Shown here: positions 1-8,160 of the stretch, in pieces
Numbering within the stretch: position 1 is the stretch's first letter
Layout of the letters: each line of letters begins with the position of its first letter
Assembly (NCBI GenBank): GCA_964637955.1
Contig: CAZWXQ010000004.1
Span: 11,368-75,367 of the forward strand
Source of the DNA: an uncultured Gammaproteobacteria bacterium
GTDB taxonomy: Bacteria > Patescibacteriota > Microgenomatia > Levybacterales > UBA12049
Reading direction: 5' to 3'
Length of the DNA stretch: 64,000 nucleotides
Notes under the pieces: generated by a model
The model's database searches: none
Told to the model about the DNA's origin: nothing
The model's input: the letters and a program-made list of their open reading frames with translations, nothing else
Program-made: the position numbers and the translations under genes

Positions 1-220
1 CGCTCCTCTATTCTTAGCATTACTGTCTACAGAAAAAGTAAATGCTTTATCAAGTAAGTTTCTATCGTGAGTTTTAGCGAGTTTAATATACAATCCTCTG
101 TGCTTATAATCATCCAACTCTTCAGCCAAATGCATTCCATATGCCTGAAACTCTCGCGAAATATGCTTATCTACCTTAGGGTCATATTTTTCTAAAATGG
201 AACCAATTTTTTTCACTAAA
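1..220 (-). CDS. Hypothetical protein, partial (runs off the window edge). Likely GTG start at 220.
   Basis: Open frame on the minus strand from a GTG at 218-220 to the window edge. Translation VKKIGSILEKYDPKVDKHISREFQAYGMHLAEELDDYKHRGLYIKLAKTHDRNLL. No family recognised. Confidence 0.3.
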
Positions 221-232
221 TTATTATATCAA

Positions 233-1057
233 TTAAACTCCTGGAGTTGGAGCTTGAGGTGCAAGCGGAGTGCTGGAAGCAGGAGCTGCATCAACTTTAT
301 CTGGCTGTGAAAGATTAGGTTCGGCTTGATAAGTATTTGCATCTTGAGGAGCTTGCGCCTTCAGAACCAATTCTTCAGCATGATCGAGGGCGTACTGTAT
401 TTTGCGCTGAGCTAAATCCACCCATTCACCATCACTCTTTAGTTTACCCCGTGGATCACTGCCACCAATTTGCACACCTTCGCTATTGGGTCCAGACTGA
501 ATAACTGAAAATAAATCAACATCGCGATTATCTACATTACTAACCCTTAATGCAAGCCGACCCCCCAGCTTCCCTAAAATCAATTCATAACCTTCTGGTA
601 GGCTCGGGTCTGTAATTCTAACCCCATCAAATAATCCAGTAAAACCAGGCTTAGGGTCACCATCTGGCACCATTCTACCAGAGGGATCTTTTTTGTAGCT
701 TTGAAAACGGGTGTCATGAGTCGATACTTTAATTGTGCCGTCTTCTGGAGTAGTAAATTCTCCAATGCGATTCTGATGCTCTCTTACTACATGAGAAGCA
801 ACTCTTCCGCTTATCTCTGCTGGGCTTAAATAACCATCTTGAAGCTCTCTACCAGTTCTGTCTATACTAGAAATAATATATCCCGCTCCTCGTCCAAATG
901 GCTGCGTAACAGGAAATTTCTTGGGATCCAATGCTTGCACTAGCTTTCCTCCCAAATCGTAAACAGCATCAAGTTGAGCTGAAACCTCCCTTTCTCTAAG
1001 AACAACACCTTGCTCTGTACGAGCAACAATTTGCTTAACCTCTTCTAGTCTCGCCAA
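233..1057 (-). CDS. Hypothetical protein of 274 aa. Noticeably more GC-rich than its neighbours.
   Basis: Long ORF. Gly/Asp/Pro-rich sequence with no motif I can assign. Estimated about 45% GC by eye against about 35% for flanking genes. Confidence 0.5.
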   Translation of the reverse strand: MARLEEVKQIVARTEQGVVLREREVSAQLDAVYDLGGKLVQALDPKKFPVTQPFGRGAGYIISSIDRTGRELQDGYLSPAEISGRVASHVVREHQNRIGEFTTPEDGTIKVSTHDTRFQSYKKDPSGRMVPDGDPKPGFTGLFDGVRITDPSLPEGYELILGKLGGRLALRVSNVDNRDVDLFSVIQSGPNSEGVQIGGSDPRGKLKSDGEWVDLAQRKIQYALDHAEELVLKAQAPQDANTYQAEPNLSQPDKVDAAPASSTPLAPQAPTPGV

Positions 1058-1229
1058 ATTCCCTTGGCCGGTTTGAACTTCTGGCCCTTGACTTCTGGCC
1101 CTTGAATTTGAGCATCAAGCGCATCGGGATTTAAAGCTCCTGTTTCTGCTGCAGAAGGTTGTGAAAGATCTCCAAATTGAGTGCTCATTAATTCAAGTTT
1201 ACTAACAATTGCAATTGAGTGTCAATAAT

Positions 1230-1844
1230 TTACTTGGTATTATATTGGTTTTGGGCGGACTCAATACCCTTTTCTAGGCCTACACAAAGAGCTTTGGAGC
1301 CTTTTTTTATCATAGTTCTTGCCTTAGAAGCTTCTCCGCCTCTAAAACCGTTTAGAACATATTCGGGAACATCTAAATGTTGCTTATCCATGCCTTCTTT
1401 GTTTTTGGAGAGCCCTATTCCAAGTCTGAATCTCCAAAACTTTTCTGTCCCCAAGGATCCCATTATAGATTCAATTCCGTGATGACCTGCTGCTCCCCCT
1501 CCCTGTCTTATTTTTATAGATCCAAGTGGAAGATCTAATTCATCATAAACCACCCATATGTCTTCGGGTTTAACTTTATAATATTTTGCGATAAAGGAAA
1601 CTGCCATCCCAGAGTTATTCATATAAGTTTGTGGACGCGCTAAGATAATCTTCTCTTCAGTTTTATCTTTACCTACAAAATCCATAACATAAATTTCACT
1701 TTTTAATTTTTCGCTTTTATCCCAATTAGATTTATTTACGGGCTCTAAATCTTTTAGGAGATGTTCGAGGACCATGAAGCCAACATTATGACGGGTAGAT
1801 TCATATTTAACACCGGGGTTTCCCAAACCAACGATTAGTTTCAT
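1230..1844 (-). CDS. pth: Peptidyl-tRNA hydrolase
   Basis: N-terminus MKLIVGLGNPGVKYESTRHNVGFMV is the classic Pth signature. C-terminal extension relative to E. coli Pth. Confidence 0.9.
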   Translation of the reverse strand: MKLIVGLGNPGVKYESTRHNVGFMVLEHLLKDLEPVNKSNWDKSEKLKSEIYVMDFVGKDKTEEKIILARPQTYMNNSGMAVSFIAKYYKVKPEDIWVVYDELDLPLGSIKIRQGGGAAGHHGIESIMGSLGTEKFWRFRLGIGLSKNKEGMDKQHLDVPEYVLNGFRGGEASKARTMIKKGSKALCVGLEKGIESAQNQYNTK

Positions 1845-1924
1845 ATTAAGTTAGGGTGATTATACCACGAATAATTATTAATTTTCAGCTTCAATATTTT
1901 TAGATTCATTTCAAATTGAAAATT

Positions 1925-2371
1925 TTACTTGTAGGAATCTTTAACTTGAAAAAGTGGATAAAGAAATAAAAATCCGAGAATAAATGAAGGGGAAAGTGTA
2001 ATAAGAGCTGAGATTACCCATAAAATCTGACTCCAAAACAAAAGATTCCAACCTCTTTTATTCTTTTTTCTCAAGTGTCTAAAAGCAAAAAGCATAAGAA
2101 GTCCTTCAAGAACCCCAATAACATTCACAATCATTAACTTCTGGAAAACTCCTGTCCCCTGAGTACTAAATAAATTTAAAAAGGGAGTGCCAACAATATC
2201 CATTACTGATGCGAATGTGATGAGTGCACCAAAAACCAAAGCGATGATTGGAAGAATTCTTACAATAAAATACCGGAGTTCAGTTCCGATATTTGGGAGT
2301 TTAGCATAAAAAGTCTCGAATAAATTAATTACCATGAATTTAATTTTATAAAAGCCGAGGGATAAATTCAA
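1925..2371 (-). CDS. Small integral membrane protein (about 4 TM helices), hypothetical
   Basis: Hydrophobic segments spaced through the 148-aa ORF. Confidence 0.5.
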   Translation of the reverse strand: MNLSLGFYKIKFMVINLFETFYAKLPNIGTELRYFIVRILPIIALVFGALITFASVMDIVGTPFLNLFSTQGTGVFQKLMIVNVIGVLEGLLMLFAFRHLRKKNKRGWNLLFWSQILWVISALITLSPSFILGFLFLYPLFQVKDSYK

Positions 2372-2419
2372 CGTGTCTCTCAGAATCTTCAGCGAAATAG
2401 AATAAACCTAATTCAAAGG

Positions 2420-3613
2420 TCAGCTTTCTGCTAATTTTATTATTTCCGCATCAGTTAGCGGCCTTCGGACATCATTTGCAAATCCTTTTACTCTAGATGT
2501 AAATGTTACAGAATCACCAATTTCTAATCCTAATTCTTCTGCCTTTTTCATAATTCCGTTGTGCCCCGACTCTGCTCCAATACTTATTTTTGATCCTGAA
2601 ATTCCAAATGTTTCGGGAGTAAAAATTTCATATGTTTCGGGATTTGCTAAAACTCCGGCAGCATGAATTCCTGATTCATGTGCAAAAGCATTTCTTCCTA
2701 CAATTGATTTATTTGGTGCAATAGCCATACCTGTTATTTCTTCAACAAACTTACTAGCATCAAAAATTATTCTAGGGTTGACGCTAATTATAGGTATTTT
2801 CCCCTGATCCTCAAAATTTTTGGGAAAACCAATTAGATTTGCTACTACTTCTTCCAAAGATGCATTTCCGGCTCTTTCGCCAATTCCATTAATAGTTACT
2901 TCAACTTGCCTTGCTCCGCTTCGTATTCCTTCAAGAGTATTTATTACAGCTAAACCCCGGTCATCGTGACAATGAGTCGAAATACTTACTATTCCCTTTC
3001 CCATCCTTTGATCAACACCTGATTTAATAAAACTAATAAGTCTAGCGTATTCCCTAGGTGATGCAAAGCCTACTGTATCTGGAATATTTATCGTAGTTGC
3101 ACCAGCCTCTACAGCTTCAAGAACAACTCGAATTAAAAACTGTGGATCTGATCTAGTGGCGTCTTCTGCTGAAAATTCTACGTCCTGAGTATAATTTTTT
3201 GCTCTTGTCACGGCTTCTATAGCTCTTTGAATCACCTGCTCTGGAGTCATTCTTAATTTGTCTCTCATGTGAATTTCGCTTGTAGCAATAAAAGTGTGAA
3301 TCCTTGCTCCACCTCTATCTTTTGCAGGCTCTACCGCATCCCAAGCTCTATCGATATCCCCTGCATTTGCTCGAGCTAAAGCCGCAATTACTGGCCCTTC
3401 TAATTCTGATGCAATTTCATGAACTGATTCAAATCTTTCTTGATTTGATGCAGGGAATCCAGCCTCAATTACGTCAACACCAGTTCTCTCAAGTATTTTT
3501 GCAAGTTCAAATCTTTGCTCTGGATCGACATTCACCCCAGGAGATTGGAATCCATCCCTTAAAGTGGTATCAAGTATTTTTATTCTGGTTTGATTATCTT
3601 CAATTCTTTCCAT
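2420..3613 (-). CDS. HMGL-like (DRE-TIM) synthase of the 2-isopropylmalate / homocitrate / citramalate synthase family. Short form without the LeuA C-terminal regulatory domain.
   Basis: [15 protein letters not shown] and [10 protein letters not shown] (HxH metal-binding motif) are typical of the LeuA/NifV/CimA catalytic domain. Start set at the internal Met (MERIEDN) because the annotated upstream extension is encoded by a terminator hairpin. Confidence 0.75.
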   Translation of the reverse strand: MERIEDNQTRIKILDTTLRDGFQSPGVNVDPEQRFELAKILERTGVDVIEAGFPASNQERFESVHEIASELEGPVIAALARANAGDIDRAWDAVEPAKDRGGARIHTFIATSEIHMRDKLRMTPEQVIQRAIEAVTRAKNYTQDVEFSAEDATRSDPQFLIRVVLEAVEAGATTINIPDTVGFASPREYARLISFIKSGVDQRMGKGIVSISTHCHDDRGLAVINTLEGIRSGARQVEVTINGIGERAGNASLEEVVANLIGFPKNFEDQGKIPIISVNPRIIFDASKFVEEITGMAIAPNKSIVGRNAFAHESGIHAAGVLANPETYEIFTPETFGISGSKISIGAESGHNGIMKKAEELGLEIGDSVTFTSRVKGFANDVRRPLTDAEIIKLAES

Positions 3614-3634
3614 AAAAAAACCGCCTTTCGGCGG
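3614..3634 (-). terminator. Putative intrinsic terminator: GC stem CCGCC-GAAA-GGCGG followed by a T7 run on the minus strand
   Basis: Plus-strand sequence aaaaaaaccgcctttcggcgg at 3614-3634. It lies between the PHP-domain gene and the synthase gene. Confidence 0.5.
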
Positions 3635-3757
3635 GTACTTAAACAACAAAGCACATCCGCCTCAGGCGAATCTAAGAAGAAGTGTTGAATTACTTATATT
3701 ATGTGATAATTTTCTAGTCATAACTAACAAAATACAATACCGGAATTAATTTGTCAA

Positions 3758-5068
3758 TTAAAGTAAGCTTTCCTGCTCTACTTTTTCATCCCCTGAACTC
3801 TGCTTTGCAGAATCAATTTTTACTACACCAAATTCTCCATCATATCCTGGAGAAATGGAAATATTTCCATTTCTTACCTTGAGAATTGCATCTGCGATAT
3901 TTTTTCCTGCGACTTTTTCTATTTTATCAATCGGAGTTTTTAAAAGAATTTCAAACTCTGGAGCAATATTTTCAATCATATTTTCAAACATCGCAATTAC
4001 TTTCACGCTGGCTGGAGCCACATGCATCGTCTCAGCAATTATTTCATTTAGTGGAACCAGCTTTGCAAAAGGAGGATGATTCTTTGCAGGATCAGCGATC
4101 CATTTCACTCCACTCTTACCTGTATTCTCCGCTACTTTTTCAGGACTTTTCGCTAAGTCTTCAACCCGCTCCATTACCCCAATCGTTAAACCACGACCAC
4201 AAACAGGACAAGTAGTTCCCTTTAATTTGGTGTCTTCTGGGGAATAAACAATCTTACAATTCCTGTGTCCTGTGTAATGATATTTACCTTCTTCGGGATA
4301 AAATTCAATGGTATAAGCAATTCTATTTTCCCCACCTTTTCGCATAATTGCACGTTTTATATTTTCAAAGCTCAAATCCTCAAGCTCAAAAACTGTACTC
4401 TCTCTTCCCATTTTGATGGGACTATGTGAATCTGAAAATGAAAGAATCGAGCGTTTTTCAAGCTCTGGAATTCTCCAGTTCATAGCTGGATCTGAAGACA
4501 AACCCGTTTCAATTCCATAAATATACTTACTCATATCTCCAAAGCATTCATCTATGGAATCGAATCCTGACATAGAGCCATAAAGAGAAAACCAGGGTGT
4601 CCAAACGTGACAAGGAATAAGAAAACTTCGATCATCAATTTCCATTAACATTTCTAAAAGATCTGGAGGTTTTATGCCGACAATAGGTCTTCCATCTGAC
4701 CTCAGATTCGCTCCCCTTTTCTGCAAAGCAGAATTGAATTTTTCCGCAGTTTCAATATTGGGAACAAATAAAAGACAGTGAATTCTGTGGGCTTTTCCAG
4801 CCTGAGAATAAATACTACTTACTTCAACTGAAAGAATAAATTTCGGATCCAACTCATCAGTAGAATTTTTAAGTGAATAGACTCCATCTCCTGACTCCTG
4901 CAGATTACTTTTAATTTCACGAATCCACATTGGATGTGTCCAATCCCCTGTCGTTAAAAGCCTCATTCCTTTTTGGCGGGCGAACTTCTTCATCACAGAA
5001 AGAGTCATATTCTGAGAAACAGCGCGTGAGTATTTACTATGTAAATGCAGGTCTGCTATGACTTCCAC
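3758..5068 (-). CDS. PHP-domain metal-dependent nuclease, endonuclease Q-like (uncharacterised TIGR00375-type family)
   Basis: N-terminal IADLHLHSKYS (PHP His motif). C-terminal C-x20-CPVCG zinc-finger-like element. About 430 aa, matching the EndoQ architecture. Confidence 0.55.
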   Translation of the reverse strand: MEVIADLHLHSKYSRAVSQNMTLSVMKKFARQKGMRLLTTGDWTHPMWIREIKSNLQESGDGVYSLKNSTDELDPKFILSVEVSSIYSQAGKAHRIHCLLFVPNIETAEKFNSALQKRGANLRSDGRPIVGIKPPDLLEMLMEIDDRSFLIPCHVWTPWFSLYGSMSGFDSIDECFGDMSKYIYGIETGLSSDPAMNWRIPELEKRSILSFSDSHSPIKMGRESTVFELEDLSFENIKRAIMRKGGENRIAYTIEFYPEEGKYHYTGHRNCKIVYSPEDTKLKGTTCPVCGRGLTIGVMERVEDLAKSPEKVAENTGKSGVKWIADPAKNHPPFAKLVPLNEIIAETMHVAPASVKVIAMFENMIENIAPEFEILLKTPIDKIEKVAGKNIADAILKVRNGNISISPGYDGEFGVVKIDSAKQSSGDEKVEQESLL

Positions 5069-5072
5069 GAAG

Positions 5073-5528
5073 TCATTCTACCACAGGTTCTTGTTTTTTT
5101 GAGATATCTAAAACATCAAAAGGAGCTGTCATCTGACCTTCATATTCCTCATGAAGATCTGCTGCTCTATCTCGCAATTGTATTGGGGTAAATCCTGTTA
5201 ATTGTTTTACTTCATCTTCAATTCCTTGAAGATAATTTCTATACCTTTCAATTTTTCCATCAGCTAATTCAGTTACACTATTAGCACGTCTTACTCTTTC
5301 CCTACCCTCTTCATCAATGTAATCAATATGATCTGCTGCTTTCCAACTCTCTAGCAAGCTCCCAACTCTTCCGTTCTCAATACCTTTTAACTTATCTGAA
5401 AAATCAACTGCTGAAATTCCTAACCATGGTCCTATTCTTTGCTCGCCAACACTTATTCCCATAAACCATTCCATTGGTGGTTGAACTACTTCTGCTTCTC
5501 TCTGAGGACTTGTATCCGGACTTGTCAT
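5073..5528 (-). CDS. Hypothetical protein, in an operon with the PHP nuclease
   Basis: 151-aa ORF ending 5 nt upstream of the PHP gene start. Confidence 0.45.
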   Translation of the reverse strand: MTSPDTSPQREAEVVQPPMEWFMGISVGEQRIGPWLGISAVDFSDKLKGIENGRVGSLLESWKAADHIDYIDEEGRERVRRANSVTELADGKIERYRNYLQGIEDEVKQLTGFTPIQLRDRAADLHEEYEGQMTAPFDVLDISKKQEPVVE

Positions 5529-5568
5529 AGCGATGAATTATATAAATTATCTGAAGCTAAAGCAATAA

Positions 5569-5904
5569 TTATGTTGAAGTAGATCTTTTACCCTCCCTGA
5601 TGCCATCTTTTATTTGTGTGAGTCTCATTCTTCTTGCAATGCTCATTCCAGCCTCAAATCTAGCTAATCTCTGCGCTTCTTTTTGCCTAGCACTTTCTAT
5701 TCTCAGCCTTTCTCTAGTTCTTAAAAGTGCATCATTTTCCTGCTGAGTTGGAATTGATGTAGCATTTACCAAGCTTGGCTTCTGAAATCTTGCTTTTAAA
5801 TTTCCTATCCAACCACTTTTGCTCGATTCAATCTTTGGGATCTGTAGTGTTGGCTTATTATCAACTGTTACTTGAGGAACACCTTCAAACGTTGCGTCGG
5901 TCAT
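5569..5904 (-). CDS. Hypothetical protein
   Basis: 111-aa ORF. Basic, with a predicted coiled region. Confidence 0.4.
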   Translation of the reverse strand: MTDATFEGVPQVTVDNKPTLQIPKIESSKSGWIGNLKARFQKPSLVNATSIPTQQENDALLRTRERLRIESARQKEAQRLARFEAGMSIARRMRLTQIKDGIREGKRSTST

Positions 5905-5940
5905 AATATAACCGTATCAGAAAAAACTTTTTAAAACAAT

Positions 5941-6402
5941 TTAAATAATCTTTTCTAGAGTAATGTCAACATCTTTAAATCCATTTTTTCTATAAAATTC
6001 CAAAGCCATATTATTTTTCAAATAAGTTGTAACATAAACCTTTTTTATGCCTTTCTCATTTACCAAATTTACGAGCTCTGAAATAAGCATTCCTCCAATT
6101 CCTTGATGACGAGATTTGGGACTAACTCCCATATTTTCCAGATATACTGATTTCCCTTTTCTATATTCAACTTCTCTTTCCTCTGCAACTAGATATCCAA
6201 CAGGATTTTCATCTTCTTCTGCTATTAACACATATGAATTTTCAATTCCCAATAAATCAGAAAAATATTTATTCCCTTTTTCAGATAGAGGCCAATCTAA
6301 ATCTAATCCCGAATCATACTTCTGAGTCTCAATAAATAATTCATTGTTTAATTTTTGGAGACTTAAAATATCTTCTTTTCCTGCAGGTCGAATCTTTATC
6401 AT
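5941..6402 (-). CDS. GNAT family N-acetyltransferase
   Basis: RHQGIGGMLISEL matches the Q/RxxGxG/A acetyl-CoA-binding motif. About 150 aa. Confidence 0.8.
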   Translation of the reverse strand: MIKIRPAGKEDILSLQKLNNELFIETQKYDSGLDLDWPLSEKGNKYFSDLLGIENSYVLIAEEDENPVGYLVAEEREVEYRKGKSVYLENMGVSPKSRHQGIGGMLISELVNLVNEKGIKKVYVTTYLKNNMALEFYRKNGFKDVDITLEKII

Positions 6403-6485
6403 TTGAGGATTATTCTAACACAATATTTAAGGTTTAGGTCTTACCCAAAGTTAACAAAAAAAATAAGGCTTAAAAACAAAGGTGT

Positions 6486-7127
6486 TTAAGAAGGTTTATT
6501 CACATGCGCAACTCTAAATGCAACTGTATCATAACGCTCCCAACCACGCGAAGGCATCGTCCAGCTACTTATCACTTTTGGCTCGAGATTTCCCCGTCTG
6601 ACTCCAAGAACATACGGATGAACCTTTTGAAATTCTCTATTCAGTACATCTACTGGCTCCATAAGAAAATTAACAGAGCTTCCTCCTCTCATCTCATTGC
6701 CATGTTGAATAGCATATTGGAGCGCTGTTTCTCCTGGTACTAGAGCATGCCTTCTTTCTCGTAATGCCTGCAATAACTCATCAAACACCGCAAGTCTACC
6801 CTTAGGATTTGGGACTAAATCTTTTACATTTATTAGGCCTATCCGCAAATCAAGAGGATCTTGCAAAGTGGTAAAATTAGGATCTTCTATCAAGTCTTTT
6901 GCCGCAAAATGAACATAAATTCCTTTCATCATACATTCCTCTAGGAGATCTTCTTTAGATTTACCCCCTATTCTTACAGGAACCACTGCCTTAACTCCTT
7001 CGAGCGATAAATCAAGATTGGGAACATCTGAAGCGATAATCAAATCTTTTCCAGGGAGAACACCACCAGATCCATCCATTTTAAGAGTTTCGTAATAATT
7101 CATGGCTGGAATTATATCCCATAGCAT
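6486..7127 (-). CDS. Hypothetical protein
   Basis: 213-aa ORF with no recognised motif. Confidence 0.5.
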   Translation of the reverse strand: MLWDIIPAMNYYETLKMDGSGGVLPGKDLIIASDVPNLDLSLEGVKAVVPVRIGGKSKEDLLEECMMKGIYVHFAAKDLIEDPNFTTLQDPLDLRIGLINVKDLVPNPKGRLAVFDELLQALRERRHALVPGETALQYAIQHGNEMRGGSSVNFLMEPVDVLNREFQKVHPYVLGVRRGNLEPKVISSWTMPSRGWERYDTVAFRVAHVNKPS

Positions 7128-7141
7128 TTATATTGTCAAAT

Positions 7142-7186
7142 AATTTCTTCTTATACTGAATCTCAAAGAGGCGTTTTATTTCTTTA
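7142..7186 (-). pseudogene. Relic copy of the DNA ligase C-terminal coding segment (FKEIKRLFEIQYKKK). Its stop codon has decayed from TAA to TTA.
   Basis: The minus-strand translation matches the ligase C-terminus EIKRLFELQYVKKK. It lies just downstream of the stop of the 7199-8035 gene. Confidence 0.5.
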
Positions 7187-7198
7187 AAACATTTGTAT

Positions 7199-8035
7199 CT
7201 ATGGCTGACCTTTATCCATCTCCCTATAATGTGCATAAATACTTGGAATTAATGCTGGAATCTGCTCGCCTGTCTCCTTAAGCCTTCCCCCTTTAAAAAC
7301 ACTTGGTACATTATCAGGCGTTCGAAAAAAAGACCAGCTTAAAGTCTGCTCTGATCGATAAAAAGTTTCATGTTTTACAATAGCATCTCTTTCCAAATTA
7401 GATACATACTTTAAATCATCTTCTGTAAGTGCATCTTCCAATGTTTTCAAATCTGGTAAAAAAGTAGTTATGCGAAGATTTGGATAAAAACCCATAAGGA
7501 TTCTTCTTGCATGATCAGTTAAAGTTGTTAAATATACGTGTTTTTCTTTATGTGGAGGCAGTTTATCAAATAAGTCTCTTAGTTGTTTTCTAGATATCGA
7601 CCAGTCATCAACCACTGCAACTGGCCTTTTTGGAACACTAACGCTAAGGTCAGAAATTCCTGAAGGAAGAACTCCTGATGAGCGGATTGCAAATTTAGAA
7701 GAAGGCGGCTTAATACCTAATGCCAATAATCTTTGGTAAATCCAGCTTGAACTCTTGTCGTGGCCATACATTAAGAGCGAGTAATCTCTTTCAGCCCAAT
7801 CAGTATTAACTTTTTCTGCCATTTGCTCTAAAGACTTATTAAATGTGGCTTCATCGATATACGTTGTGGCATCAACAACCCTATTTAAAAATCCATCTGG
7901 AGCTCCCCTGTCGCGATGAAAAGCTTCAAAAGCAGCAGCGGTCTCATCTGAAATCGGCAATTTTTTCTCTTGGATTCTTTGGACAAATTCCGATTTAGAT
8001 ACCTGTCCATCTTCATAACTAACCGCATCGATCAT
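7199..8035 (-). CDS. Hypothetical protein of 278 aa, bracketed by relic ligase 3' ends and possibly acquired by insertion
   Basis: Long ORF with no recognised motif. Flanked by duplicated ligase-tail segments at 7142-7186 and 8058-8102. Confidence 0.55.
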   Translation of the reverse strand: MIDAVSYEDGQVSKSEFVQRIQEKKLPISDETAAAFEAFHRDRGAPDGFLNRVVDATTYIDEATFNKSLEQMAEKVNTDWAERDYSLLMYGHDKSSSWIYQRLLALGIKPPSSKFAIRSSGVLPSGISDLSVSVPKRPVAVVDDWSISRKQLRDLFDKLPPHKEKHVYLTTLTDHARRILMGFYPNLRITTFLPDLKTLEDALTEDDLKYVSNLERDAIVKHETFYRSEQTLSWSFFRTPDNVPSVFKGGRLKETGEQIPALIPSIYAHYREMDKGQP

Positions 8036-8057
8036 AAAATAATTTCCTTACTTACGT

Positions 8058-8102
8058 CTATTTCTTTTTATATTGGATTTCGAAGAGACGTTTTATTTCC
8101 TT
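8058..8102 (-). pseudogene. Second relic copy of the DNA ligase C-terminal coding segment (ATDVKEIKRLFEIQYKKK-stop)
   Basis: The C-terminus of the 61-aa ORF 8058-8243 reproduces the ligase C-terminus at the amino-acid level but with divergent codons. Confidence 0.5.
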
Positions 8103-8160
8103 GACGTCAGTAGCACCCGCCTGCAACGCTTTGCATAGCAATGCGGGCAGGTCTTCTGGC

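Noticed and set aside
3304-3615. Antisense or overlapping small ORFs inside larger genes (for example 3304-3615 plus, 21737-22402 plus, 56514-57095 plus, 59805-60212 minus, 63545-63865 plus)
   Set aside because: They lie entirely within well-supported genes on the opposite strand. Their low-complexity translations are typical of AT-rich antisense frames.
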